Part shown: positions 23,795-34,670 of the stretch, piece after piece | Position numbering within the stretch: the stretch's first letter is position 1 | How the letters are laid out: the number at the start of each line of letters is the position of its first letter | Assembly: GCA_030141605.1 (NCBI GenBank) | Contig: JAQGDQ010001313.1 | Coordinates: forward strand, 1-48,080 | Source: Tubiluchus corallicola | Taxonomy: Eukaryota; Animalia; Priapulida | Length of the DNA: 48,080 nucleotides | Direction of reading: 5' to 3' | The notes under the pieces: generated by a model | What the model saw: the letters and a program-made list of their open reading frames with translations, nothing else | The model's database searches: none | What the model was told of the DNA's origin: nothing | Position numbers and translations under genes: made by a program

Positions 23795-23965
23795 GTTAAA
23801 ACACCACAACTTTATTAATACTTTTAATTTACATCGTTAAAAAATCGTGTCAAACATTTTCGACAGAGCTACTGCTGTCTTCATCACTAGTAAATTTTAC
23901 CACTGATGACAACAGCAGTAACTCTGTCGAAACGTTTGATTATAAATGTTTTTAAGTAATAAAAA
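23795..23965. mobile_element. Penelope-like pseudo-LTR fold-back with two inverted minimal hammerhead-ribozyme motifs
   Basis: Inverted arms 23850-23894 / 23896-23939; plus strand CTGATGA-C-AACAG-cagtaact-CTGTC-GAAACGTT; each arm is followed by AATAAA on its own strand. Confidence 0.8.
23898..23940 (+). ncRNA. Minimal type I hammerhead ribozyme motif (one stem II closing-pair mismatch)
   Basis: CUGAUGA 23903-23909, stem II ACAG/CUGU, GAAA 23929-23932, palindromic ACGU helix III, CA/UG stem I. Confidence 0.65.
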
Positions 23966-24017
23966 ATAATAAGAAATGTAATAAGAAATTGACTTAAATT
24001 ACTATATGATACCAAAT

Positions 24018-24090
24018 GCATCCATGGTCAGATGGTTGAGGCCTGAGACTTGTAATTTAACGGCTTTTGGTTCAAACCCAGGCTCAACAC
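24018..24090 (+). mobile_element. tRNA-derived (Thr-TGT-like) SINE head or tRNA relic
   Basis: A-box-like TGGTCAGATGG, loop CTTGTAA, B-box GGTTCAAACCC; stems do not close a cloverleaf. Confidence 0.5.
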
Positions 24091-24218
24091 CTTGACCTTT
24101 TCACATTTCTTTTCTTTTGGTAGTTCAATTTAAAAAATCAAAAATTATAGGTCCATTACATACTATACAGACAACCAACTGATTCATTTTCAAACTTGTG
24201 TAGTGAGTGACTCAGCAA

Positions 24219-25466
24219 CAGGGATGAGTGGATCGACTAACTTCCCGATCCGTAAAACATTTTGGTCCGCAAACTTGAAATCCGCAGTCTGCTAAAAATG
24301 CGAATTTTATTATTAACAGCGATCCGCAACCGCTCTACTGAATTAATTCAAATCCGCGATCCATCCTGATACGCTAGGTTTCCGATTCACGTCCTGCTTA
24401 TGTGCCTATTTTTAATTCAAATCCGCATAATAATCTGCAATTTTAGCTGACCTTGGTTTAAACAAACAAAAATATTTTAAATCAGTGGAAAATGCACCGT
24501 GTTGCAGTGTGTCCACTGGGTGGTTTGATTTTCATTGACTAATTGCAACTGTAAGAAGGAATATTAGAATATTCTTTATCTGATGTTATTTTGTTATTTT
24601 AACATTAGTATTTTTAGTAGCTATATCACGTTGAAAACACCGGTTCTCAATGTAGTTGTTCTCTAATTCTCAAGTTAAGCAACGTAGAGCCTGGCAAGTA
24701 CTTGGATGGGTGACGTCCTAGGAATACCAGGTGCTGTAGGCTTGCGGGATGCCCACACTGTATCTCGACACTAGGCAGAGGAGCTGCACAAGCAGCCAAT
24801 GGCTAGAGGGCGGAGGAGGTCAAGTGACCCAACAGCAATGTGTAGAGGAGTAAACCTTCCAAATCAGGAGTGGAGCCCCGAAGGCGGACCAGTGCAGCAT
24901 GCTCACTGACTCCGGCAGCTCCTGCAGCCAACCTGGTGCCAAATGTATCGCTCTGCTTTCTTTTGGACTACACCAGGGAGGAAGAGAGGGGGTTCCTGTT
25001 GTCTGGCCAACTCAGGATCTCCATACACCTTGCGTGTGCCCTGGAGAGGCCACTCCAGTGGTTCAAGGACGGATTACTCAGCCACAGTCAATGCTGCAGC
25101 TCCATCAATGTGATCAATAACTGACTCTCTTGGGGCACACTCCATTGTCTTCCGAGACAGAAGGATGCCAACAACAACAATTTTTAATAGCAAATAAAAG
25201 ATTTCACTGCTGTTATTTACTAGTACAGTAATACTTTCTTTTAATGATTAATGATAGATGAGTGCCAGGCTGCCATTTTTTTCCTCCGCAATGTGCACAT
25301 CGTTGTCTATCACGGATTAACATCAATGACAATTTTTGATCTGCATCTAGGCCGCATAGGGTAATTCCTTATTTTCAATAGTAGATCTGCAATCCGGTCC
25401 GATCAGCAAAAATATTACGGATCTTGGTCCGATCCAGTCCACAGGATCGTGTTCCGCTCATCACTG
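24219..25466. mobile_element. hAT-like MITE hosting the SINE3 insertion
   Basis: TIR CAGGGATGAGTGGA vs CAGTGATGAGCGGA (12/14); TSD CTCAGCAA / CTCAGTGA (6/8); ATCCG subterminal repeats at both ends. Confidence 0.8.
24622..25180 (+). mobile_element. 5S-rRNA-derived SINE (SINE3), near full length, GC-rich body and (CAA)n tail
   Basis: 5S head to 24743 (AAGTTAAGCAACG...GTACTTGGATGGGTGAC...GGAATACCAGGTGCTGTAGGCTT); ends GGATGCCAACAACAACAA; TSD ATTTTTAGTAGC / ATTTTTAATAGC. Confidence 0.9.
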
Positions 25467-25782
25467 CTCAGTGACCAGAAGTCCATGATCTGGGGTTCAA
25501 TTCCCATACTGCAACTTCAGTATTTTTTTAACCATCGGGATGGGTGACTATAATTCATACTAGCTAGCAGTGATGAAATTGAGATGCATTCATTAGCCTG
25601 CCTTTCCACTGATTAAATAATAAAAGAAAAATATTAATTACAATGCTAACTGTCTTTAAGCTATAAGCTACAGCATGGAAAGAATGCAACATTACAGTTA
25701 AATTGCCCATTCAATGGTGGGTGTAGTAGGAGTGTTTAGAATTCGTGGGAGAGCCACGACGTCCTGTAACGGGCGTTTTCCC

Positions 25783-26263
25783 TGACCCAACTCCGGATTT
25801 TTTCCAAATTTTGACTAAACAGTCTGTAGAAAAAATGTTTTAGTGGAGCCTGGTGGGACTCTTGAAAGGATATATATATATATCGGCCGGGGGATTAGGC
25901 ATAAAACAGAGTTTTATGACTAAAGACAATTACCAAATCATGTTGCTAGAATTGTCGTCATGTTCCGGAAAGAAGAGGAATAGGAGTGCACGATGATGTG
26001 GGCTGTATATTAGGACGTCTCCACAGTCAGGAACTGTGACGAGTTATCGGAGGGTCGATTTCGTGCGAATTTCGCGTGGAAAACTGTTGATGCAAAGCCA
26101 TTGTTCTGACGTCATCCAATGTACTCTGCTTATAACTTTAATTCAGTAAAAGCTGCTGCTGTTGTCTTTGCTTCAGGTAAATAAACGAACACTAGGTAGA
26201 ATGTTCGCGTATTTTTGATTATAAGTGGATTTATACACAAATTTTTTACTGGGCCTTTGCTAG
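25783..26263 (+). mobile_element. Helitron-like repeat, second long copy
   Basis: Colinear with 4052-4449; ends GGGCCTTTGCTAG|T. Confidence 0.65.
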
Positions 26264-26423
26264 TCTATTATATTCTCAAACCCCATTCTTGCGACAAATA
26301 TAAGAATTACAATGTATAACTATGTATAACTTGAACTGGTAGAACTCTAATTCTTCCGTAATTCTCGTGGAACGGATTTTCCCTTTAACAAACAGCGTGT
26401 AACTCGAATTATCAGTACGGTTA

Positions 26424-26518
26424 TTAAGAATCTGACTGAAACTACCTCGTCTATCTCGAACAGCCTCTCAAGCGAGAAATCCTACATGAAAACGTGCACC
26501 TCATTACAATTTTAACTG
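26424..26518 (+). repeat. Short dispersed repeat, also at about 10285-10380
   Basis: TAAGAATCT.ACTGA...CAAGCGAGA.ATCC...GTGCACC.CATTAC.ATTTTAACTG at both sites. Confidence 0.75.
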
Positions 26519-26832
26519 CTAGTTTCAGCAAAAATGCTAAAATTTCTTGTGTTACCTTAGCAGAATGTTGCACACAACATGATTTAACGAAACGAGGTTT
26601 AATGTAGATCACAATATTATTATTGCCCAATTCCTTTAACCATGCTACTCAGACTGCAATAGCAGTGGATCAGTCATTTTTTTTGGATATTCATAAAAAC
26701 TGTTGTTTGATATTTACCTAAAGGCTCAGTTTGTCATTTTCAGTGGACCAGTTACACATAGTTTACCGTATTCTTATAATATTAGCCGAATTAAGTCATA
26801 ATTAAGGACAATTCGGAAAGTTCAAAAAAAGC

Positions 26833-28419
26833 CTACACATGACCGCTAACATGATTCAAAAAAACTTTTTCCCAGGCAAAGGTTTCACCACAGAGCTCAC
26901 ACTCGTAAGGTTTTTGACCTGCGTGGCACGACATATGCTTAGTCAAGTAATGTTTTTGTGAGAATGACTTATCACACAAACTGCACTTGTAAGGCATGAT
27001 ACCCTCGTGAATATTCATGTGTACCTCAAGATTTGACTGTCGTGAAAATGTTTTATAACACAATTCGCATTCGTAAGGTTTTTGCTCACAGTGAGTTTTT
27101 AAATGCCTTTGCATATTGTTGCGCTGTGCAAATGATTTATTGCACAAATCACACTGAAAAGGTTTTATACCGGTGTGAGTTCTCAAGTGAATGGTAAGCA
27201 AGTTTTTCGTGAAAAATGACTTATCACAGAAATCACAAGTAAAAGGCTTATCGTCTTTGTGTGACTTCATGTGCTTATGGCAGTCCGCATGACGCGTAAA
27301 TCTCACTTTACACACGTCACACTCAAAAGGCTTTTCATTTTTATGGGTTTGTAGGTGCCTCATTAAATTAGCACGTTGGGTGAATGACTTATCACACACC
27401 CTACAACGGTGAGCCTTTTCATCAGTGTGGCATACAAGATGTCTGGTTAGGTGATACTTTCTCGTAAATGTTTTGCTACAGTAAGAGCAAATGTGAGGCT
27501 TTTTTCCGCTATGACTTCTCTTGTGTTTGAGTAAATTACTGTAGTCTGAAAACGCTTGCTTACAAAAATCACATTTAAAAGGCTTCTCTCTCGTATGAAC
27601 TCTAATGTGATTTTTAAGGAGGCCTTTACGCACAAAAGCTCTTTCGCACTTGTCACACTTAAATGGTTTAATGCCGGTATGAATGCTCATGTGCTCTTCC
27701 AGAGTTTCCTTTCTTGCATATATTTTACCGCACTTTTTGCACGAAAACGTCTTCTTTTGAAGACGTTTGTGAGCTTTCGCATGTGTGCAAAGGTCAAACA
27801 TTCGTGTGAATGATGCGTCACACTCGGAACAAGAAAATTTACCATGCTGGGTAGCCTTGTGCCGCTTCAGACCACATGGATATCTGAAATGTTTCTCACA
27901 AAATTCACACTTCACCTCGCAATTGCCGTGTGTTCGATTGTGTACATGGATATATCGAAATGAGCGATCGCACGTCTTGCAATGGTTCTTCTCTTGTTCT
28001 TCTGCTTCATCCACGACATTTGGCTGAAATTTAGCAGCCTCAGGATGGGTAGCCTTGTGCCGCTTCAGACCAGATGGATATCTGAAATGTTTCTCACAAA
28101 ATTCACACTTCACCTCGCAATAGCCGTGTGTTCGATTGTGTACATGGATATATCGAAATGAGCGATCGCACCTCTTGCAATGGTACTTCTCTTGTTCTTC
28201 TGCTTCATTCACGACATTTGGCTGAAATTTAGCAGCTTCAGGAGAGGTCAGCTTCTCATTATGTGCCTCTGTCCCGTTCGCCCCACTCTTATCCGGTGAT
28301 TGCGGAGCGCGTTCGCGACGTAGATTTGATTCCTTCTTCCTACAGTGCTGTTTGTTTTTCTTAAATGTTGTTCCTACGCTTTTCTTGCGTGAGATTTTCG
28401 CACTTGTCAAAGATGCCAT
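26833..28419 (-). CDS. Poly-C2H2 zinc-finger protein, 528 aa, 16 fingers (14 canonical spacing, 2 shortened); no recognisable effector domain
   Basis: Repeated CxxC-x12-HxxxH with TGIKP/TREKP-type linkers; AAGATGG start with an in-frame TAA 15 nt upstream; candidate acceptor tttctttcag near 28466 suggests a non-coding upstream exon. Confidence 0.93.
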   Translation of the reverse strand: MASLTSAKISRKKSVGTTFKKNKQHCRKKESNLRRERAPQSPDKSGANGTEAHNEKLTSPEAAKFQPNVVNEAEEQEKYHCKRCDRSFRYIHVHNRTHGYCEVKCEFCEKHFRYPSGLKRHKATHPEAAKFQPNVVDEAEEQEKNHCKTCDRSFRYIHVHNRTHGNCEVKCEFCEKHFRYPCGLKRHKATQHGKFSCSECDASFTRMFDLCTHAKAHKRLQKKTFSCKKCGKIYARKETLEEHMSIHTGIKPFKCDKCERAFVRKGLLKNHIRVHTREKPFKCDFCKQAFSDYSNLLKHKRSHSGKKPHICSYCSKTFTRKYHLTRHLVCHTDEKAHRCRVCDKSFTQRANLMRHLQTHKNEKPFECDVCKVRFTRHADCHKHMKSHKDDKPFTCDFCDKSFFTKNLLTIHLRTHTGIKPFQCDLCNKSFAQRNNMQRHLKTHCEQKPYECELCYKTFSRQSNLEVHMNIHEGIMPYKCSLCDKSFSQKHYLTKHMSCHAGQKPYECELCGETFAWEKVFLNHVSGHV

Positions 28420-28596
28420 CTTAATGCAGGATTAAACGGTTTCTCACCAACAGACTTGAAAAATGCTGAAAGAAACCCAGAAATTCTCATACGTAATTGG
28501 GCAGAAAAAAAGCACAAATGCTATCCAAAGATACAGCACTAAGGCATCAAAATTAATAAAAAACAAAGCTATAATGTAAATACAGAACTGCCACAT

Positions 28597-28720
28597 ATAT
28601 GTGTGCTTGCAAATCAAAACCGTCCATAAGTCTGCATCGTTAAAACCATGTTATGATGATTCAAAGTAGAATGCAATAAGAGATTTGGTCAAGTGTCAAT
28701 TTTCTGTTTTTTTTATAAAC
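28597..28720. mobile_element. MITE family B, left-end fragment upstream of the zinc-finger exon
   Basis: ATATGTGTGCTTGCAAATCAAAACCGTCCATAAGTC matches the family B TIR. Confidence 0.8.
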
Positions 28721-30417
28721 CTCGGCTTAGCTGTCTCATACCTGCAAAAGGTGCTCGTACCCCAGGTTAGGAACAACTGCACTAGACATAGTTAATTTAT
28801 GTTACCTTACTGTAGAAAAAATCTGGCTAAAAATATAACTACATACACAGTGCCATCATTATGGAACACTTTAAATCCATCCTACTGTTAAATCTGCTGC
28901 ATCACTTAAAAAAAAATTAAATTTTATTGTAAGTCAGAAGATCTAGCAATTGTAATGGTGATTAATGTTTTAATTAACCCTGATTAATGCACAGGAAGAC
29001 GTGTCTGCAGTGCTTGATTTCATCTCAAAAATTCCATTGTATTTAATGCGAATCTAATTAATGAGATATAGCAGTACAAGATTTCATTAAACAGGAAATC
29101 TCGCTTTACCCTTTTAGTTCCACTTAATCACTTATTAATATATTTTCTTCTGCTTATTTTCATGTAAATTTTATATAAATAATCAGTTGTGTATTTTATG
29201 TAAATGTGCACTATAAGAGATTAATAAGCATGTCTATATCTATGACTTTAGCATCTAGTTAATTACACTACAATTTCATTTTCATCCTTTGCTCTATCTT
29301 ACTCACAAACTCCTCTTTACCAACCGTTTTAAGCTCTCCTTAACATGTTGTATCTTGTCTGACCATGTTTTTTTGTAATCCTTTCATTTTTTACTATCAA
29401 ATCGCTATAACAAGCTCTGCTTTCTGAGTGATTTGCGAAACAATGGCGTGTTGAGAACGAGATTTATAATTAAATTTTCAGTATCGGGCAACACTCTTGT
29501 TCATATGTCTATTTGTTTTGATGTAGCAATCTTTAATAGGTTGTGACGAAGTAAAGATAAACTTGAACTCCAAATCAGTATCTAAAAACCATAACAACTG
29601 ACAATAACATTAAACAATTCACTTGAAGTTTTAGATACCAGCTCAGCTTGCTAACCTTCTTTATATCAGCAAAAGAACACTAAAACGGACAACAAATTCA
29701 ATTACTTTGCACAATTCGACAAGATACAAAGAGGAACACTACACTTCAACAGTGCCAATAGAAGAAACCTTTGCACTTGGATTTTTTGTCAGCGCGTGTC
29801 AACTTAAGCCAAGAAAATTCCATAAAAACCTCATATTTTCACGACTTTGCCCTTCAGAATTTTATTAATAAGTTCATAATACAAAATCATGAATGTTTTA
29901 TTGCTGGAAAGGGACTTTTGTCGCTCCTACATGGCTGCAATCGGCTAAGTTCCAATCGCAGCATAATAATAGCACAGTTTTAAACAATTGAATAACAAAG
30001 ACAACAACACGAATATTGCTATTTCATTACATTAGATTAATTATGAAGGCTGTATCGGTTTTAGTGAACAAACACTGTGGTAAACACTTCTGGTAAACAA
30101 AAACTGTAATTCTTAAAATGCAACAATTTTGCAAAAATATCACCAAGTTTTAATTGATAGAATAATGTCTCTCTGAAACAGCAAGTGGTTATTAAAAAAA
30201 ATTTGTTGCAAATTTCCTCTAATAGGTCAACAAACGCTCCTTTATATAAGAGCGAATAACTATCTGAGGTGTGCAAATATTAATTAATTTGTCGATTTTA
30301 ATGCTATAAAATGTTATTCTTCTTATTACTTGATTAATTTTAAGTAATTGTCTTTTTATTTTGATTTCATCGTGTTGTCAACTTTCAACCATCACCATTA
30401 ATTCTCGTCCTCGCTTG

Positions 30418-30853
30418 CACTGGCGTAGCAAGTACAGAAGTAAAGAACATCCGCTCCCCCAAGCAGATTTTTCAACAACTAAGTCGTTACTTTATTTGAC
30501 CAACTTGTCTCAGGTGTTTTTGAAATAAGCGTATAGTTATGCAAATCATTTGTCAATGTTGACTGATTGAATTATCTCAAGTCTAATTATTTTAATAGCA
30601 TTGTTTTCATACATTTGTCTAGCAGCAGGCCTAGGGTCAATTATGTATCAAAATGTCAAGTTTCAATATCTTTACGTTTTATTACACATAAACATAAGGA
30701 AATGCCAATTATGTTCTTCCTTTAAAACAGTATCTTCCTCATGTTTTGATATTAAACACAAAATCAAAATGTGCACTAAAATTTAGTTGAAATGTGTGAC
30801 GTTGCGTTTTTGTGTGCTTGCTTCCCCTAACTTTAGGACCTGGCTACGCCCCT
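30418..30853. mobile_element. PIF/Harbinger-like MITE (degenerate)
   Basis: GGCGTAGCAAG ... CTGGCTACGCC inverted termini (10/11). Confidence 0.6.
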
Positions 30854-30880
30854 TCTTGATTGCTAACATCTTTTTCTTTC

Positions 30881-30919
<39 letters not shown>

Positions 30920-30940
30920 TTATTTATTTATATTACATAT

Positions 30941-31360
30941 TGGACTGCTGTCCGCTTTTAACGGAGGCAGGACGGATGGCACCGCAGCCCACACCGTGCG
31001 GCATGTCTCAATTAAGTCGTTCAACACCAAACCAAAACAGAACCCGAATGATAGAGTCGAAATGACAATTTTATTACTACATATCACACCCCCAATAAGG
31101 AACAAACAGCTTAGAAGAATGGAGTTTGCGGCAAGCCTGTGAAATGTGAACAGAGCTGCAATGAAAGACACGACCACTGACCTACAGCAGACCTTCCCTT
31201 TTTATAAGCTCAGGTGTGCACGTGACTAGTGGCTCCTACTAACACAAGGTCAGAATAGGAGTCTATGTGCTAGATAAAGCCACGTTCACACGCACACCTG
31301 AGAAGTCTACTGTATTCCCCTGCCAGTATTACATTTCACCTCATCACAGCCCTGCAGTAC

Positions 31361-31361
<1 letters not shown>
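30941..31361 (-). mobile_element. Solo LTR inserted in a (TA)n tract
   Basis: TG...CA with inverted ends TATTGGACTGC / GCAGTACAATA (10/11); minus-strand TATAAAAA near 31205 and AATAAA near 31072; (TA)n on both sides. Confidence 0.7.
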
Positions 31362-31391
<30 letters not shown>

Positions 31392-31446
31392 CTTGTTTTT
31401 TCACAATCAGAGCATTTACAAATCATTTAACTAGGTATCCAATCAA

Positions 31447-32059
31447 TGCAAAATTGGACCCAATCTTAAACTTTAGGTCAAAACAATCCACTCTTTTCAA
31501 CATTGAAAGGAAACGTACAATTTTTTTCAGAAATGACTTATGTGAAAAAAATATTACCACACAAACACAATTTCACGTTCGTGCCACTAGTTCTTCACTG
31601 TTACATAAATTGTGCCATTTGCTAGTTAGATGGGCACTAGCACCTGCATTTCGGTAGTACATTACATGAAAAATATGTGCTGTACCTCTAGGTTTAGATG
31701 TGTTCGTTTGTGACGAACTACACACGTTTGACAGCTCGTGCATGAACATAGTGGTAAATTTGGATTTTTATCTTAAAACTTACCTAGTTTTATTACAGCA
31801 CACCGAATATCTTACAGTAGCACAGCACTTCAATTTTCGCTTTCGCAAACATGTGCAACACGCTCATGGAATATTTTTGCTGTTGAAAATTATGTTAATT
31901 TGTGATGTCATTACTAGTTGGGCTCGCCCATCGTTAACTAAGAATTTGATCTATTATTTAATTATCAGAAACGCTTTCGCAGTAATAATTGTGTTAAAGT
32001 GTGTGCTTTTAATCGGACTTGAAAATGGGGTAGTATATGAAAAATCATCCTGCCTTCCT
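31447..32059 (+). mobile_element. Module R copy
   Basis: Colinear with 1836-2370 and 15166-15747. Confidence 0.85.
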
Positions 32060-32149
32060 TTTTCAAACTTTGCTTCTGATTGAGTATTTCACCTCTTGAT
32101 AACTATTGAGTTATTGAAATCTCTGTATTTTAATGTACGAGTTGCATTT

Positions 32150-32342
<193 letters not shown>

Positions 32343-33651
32343 TAATATTAACTGGACTGGGCATTAGCCGTACAGTGAATGAAATAAGCTACATCAGTTA
32401 GTTAACATTTTTTACTAAACTAAACTCTGTAGCGAAACGGCTAGGTAATTTATGCTTTTTCATATATCATATATTATAATAAATTTATGTATGTAAGATT
32501 CAAGAAAGTAAATCAGCCAAAAACGGAAGATGTTATAAACCAGTAGTTGTGTTCAGCACACCACATATACTTATGGAGTGTAAACGTACATAAGAGCTAC
32601 AGTAATATCACCCTTTACACGTTTTTGTCACGACTTGCAACATGAAATTCATTTTGATAACCACCTATTTGCATAAACGAGTCGGTGGTTTTGAACAATT
32701 TAATTTTTATTTTTCAGAATTTTTTAAATTTAATTTAATTTTAGCATTTTCTTTTATATATAAAGGAAAACCTGAACAATATTATTCTCTAAAATACTTG
32801 AAACTACAACAGTTTTTTTAAATCAAAGCTTAGATTAAATAACAATTATGTGGAATAGTTAAACTTTCAAAGCTCAGCGAATTCACTAAGACTAGCAATG
32901 GTGCCTTTTTGTTACATTCACGTGGCCGACAAATAGGCACGGTACCATGATAAGTATGATTATTATTTCGCAGTATTTTGATGAAAAATTATGAGAGACA
33001 ACTAAAATTTATGCGAAGTATCAGAATTTGGGTAAGAAATGAGCATTTTTACGGTTATGTTGTGCACATGCGCAGTATCGGTAGGTCAAAGGTTAAGTGT
33101 AGCACAGCAAAGCGTCTTAACTACAACCGTTACGTGACATGTGTGTAAAGCAAAGTCACCTGCAGCATCAGTTCAGTAATTTCAGTTGATTTACGTGGAC
33201 TTATGCATTAGTCTGTGTGTAGAGTGATTTACTAGGAGGATATTGCTTGAGAACAAGAAAAATGAACTAGGTCAGGTTCAGGCTAGCTGTTACAGCATGG
33301 GCTGCGAGGCGTTGTCAAGTGTACACAAATGCGTTGTCTTGTAGACCTAACCTTTGACCTTTTCACGATCATTATCAATCGTTGGAAGTGTGAAAAGGCT
33401 TATTTAAAAAGCCAAATGGAAACGGGTTGTGCATACTTGTAGATTACTAAAGATAAGTGTATCAGAGTTTAACAGGGTCTATATATTTTTTGACTTAATT
33501 ATTAGAGGATCGATCCTTTGTCACAGGTGTTGAATTTCAGGAAAAACAGGTTCTGTCCTCATGTAATGTGTGTTATTACCATCACCATTGTCATCATTGC
33601 TGTTGTCATCTTCATCAGTATCATCATCATTACTATTTTTATTGATATTAA

Positions 33652-34209
33652 GTTTACAATCTCCCACACAAAAGAAATTAGCTTGTTACAGTTAGGGTTA
33701 CAGTTGAGTTGGGATCAGGAATAGGGTTAGGATTAAGGTTAGAGTTAGGTTGGGTTTAGGAATAGGGCTAGGATTAAGGTTAGGGTTAAATTAGGAATAT
33801 GGATAGAGTTAACGTTACAATAAGGGCTAGGATTAGGTCAAATTTAGGGTTAAAGTTAAAGTTAGGGCTAGGATTAGGGATAGGGTAAGGTTAGGAATAA
33901 GATTAGAGTTAGAATGGGTTTAGGAATAGGGGAAGGATTAGGGTTAGGGTTAAGTTAGGAATATGGATAGAGTTAAAGTTACGATAAGGGCTAGGCTTAG
34001 GTTAGGATTAGGGTTAGTGTTAGTGTTGAAATTAGGGTTAGGATTAGGGTTGGGGTTAAGGAAAAAGGGTTAGGATTAAGGTTAGGTTAGGATTAGGATT
34101 AGGGTTGGGGTTAAAGTTAGGGCTAGGATTAGGGTTAGGTTAGGATTAGGGTTAAAGTTAGGGCTAGGATTAGGGCTAGGGTACTTAGATTGTGCGGAGA
34201 AATGTAAAC
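33652..34209. mobile_element. Degenerate TTAGG/TTAGGG tract (about 33690-34182) enclosed by imperfect inverted termini
   Basis: GTTTACAATCTCCCACACAA ... TTGTGCGGAGAAATGTAAAC around many TTAGGG, TTAGGA, CTAGGA and TTAGG variants. Confidence 0.6.
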
Positions 34210-34379
34210 AACTTCCTTGTTATCACATTTTTATCATAATAACTATTTGTTATAAAAATAATCAACTTTTGTCAATCATTTTATTCGTAAAATAATGGAT
34301 AGAAAGAGGGTTAAAATTATCATGTGACAGGCTGGACAAAAACTTTTATGATCCAAGCACAGTCCTTTTAACTTTTACG

Positions 34380-34395
34380 CCGATAGATGGCGCTG
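34380..34395 (+). promoter_or_regulatory. CTCF-like motif
   Basis: CCGATAGATGGCGCTG; similar motifs at 35563-35576 (+) and 11473-11487 (-). Confidence 0.4.
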
Positions 34396-34670
34396 CAATG
34401 TAGTTTAGCACATTTATCACGGTCATCTCAGAAGAGTGTGTTTCTTAAACGTTTTTGCATCTATCGGGTTTCTGTGGTCCGTCAGACATTAAATTTTTGT
34501 TATAGATGGGTAAAAAAATAAAAATTCAGCACCCTGTGGACACCAACGGAAATTGAGCGCATTTTAAATAGGCTAAATTAAATTATCTGTAAGGATTTAT
34601 AAATAAAATTAATAGCACAATAGGCACAGAAGACATCACCAATAGATGGGCAATTTTCTTTACTACTTAA

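Noticed and set aside
24018-24090. Functional tRNA gene (also B-box-like motifs near 9250, 25495, 46375)
   Set aside because: Only promoter boxes are recognisable; acceptor and anticodon stems do not pair.
24622-24743. Functional 5S rRNA gene
   Set aside because: 5' end missing, internal disruption, no poly-T terminator, fused to a body with tail and TSD.
24744-24815. Ribozyme (HDV-like, twister or hammerhead) in the SINE3 body
   Set aside because: The hairpin is preceded by CAGAGGA/CGGATGA and followed by CAAT in both copies rather than CUGANGA and GAAA; spacing does not fit HDV or twister folds.
27447-28027. Overlapping or antisense ORFs within the zinc-finger gene (and similar ones over TRAPPC5, gephyrin and NK2.1 exons)
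   Set aside because: Short shadow frames of real CDSs with no recognisable motifs.
33690-34182. True telomere or chromosome-fusion site
   Set aside because: Highly degenerate, one orientation only, internal, no head-to-head junction.
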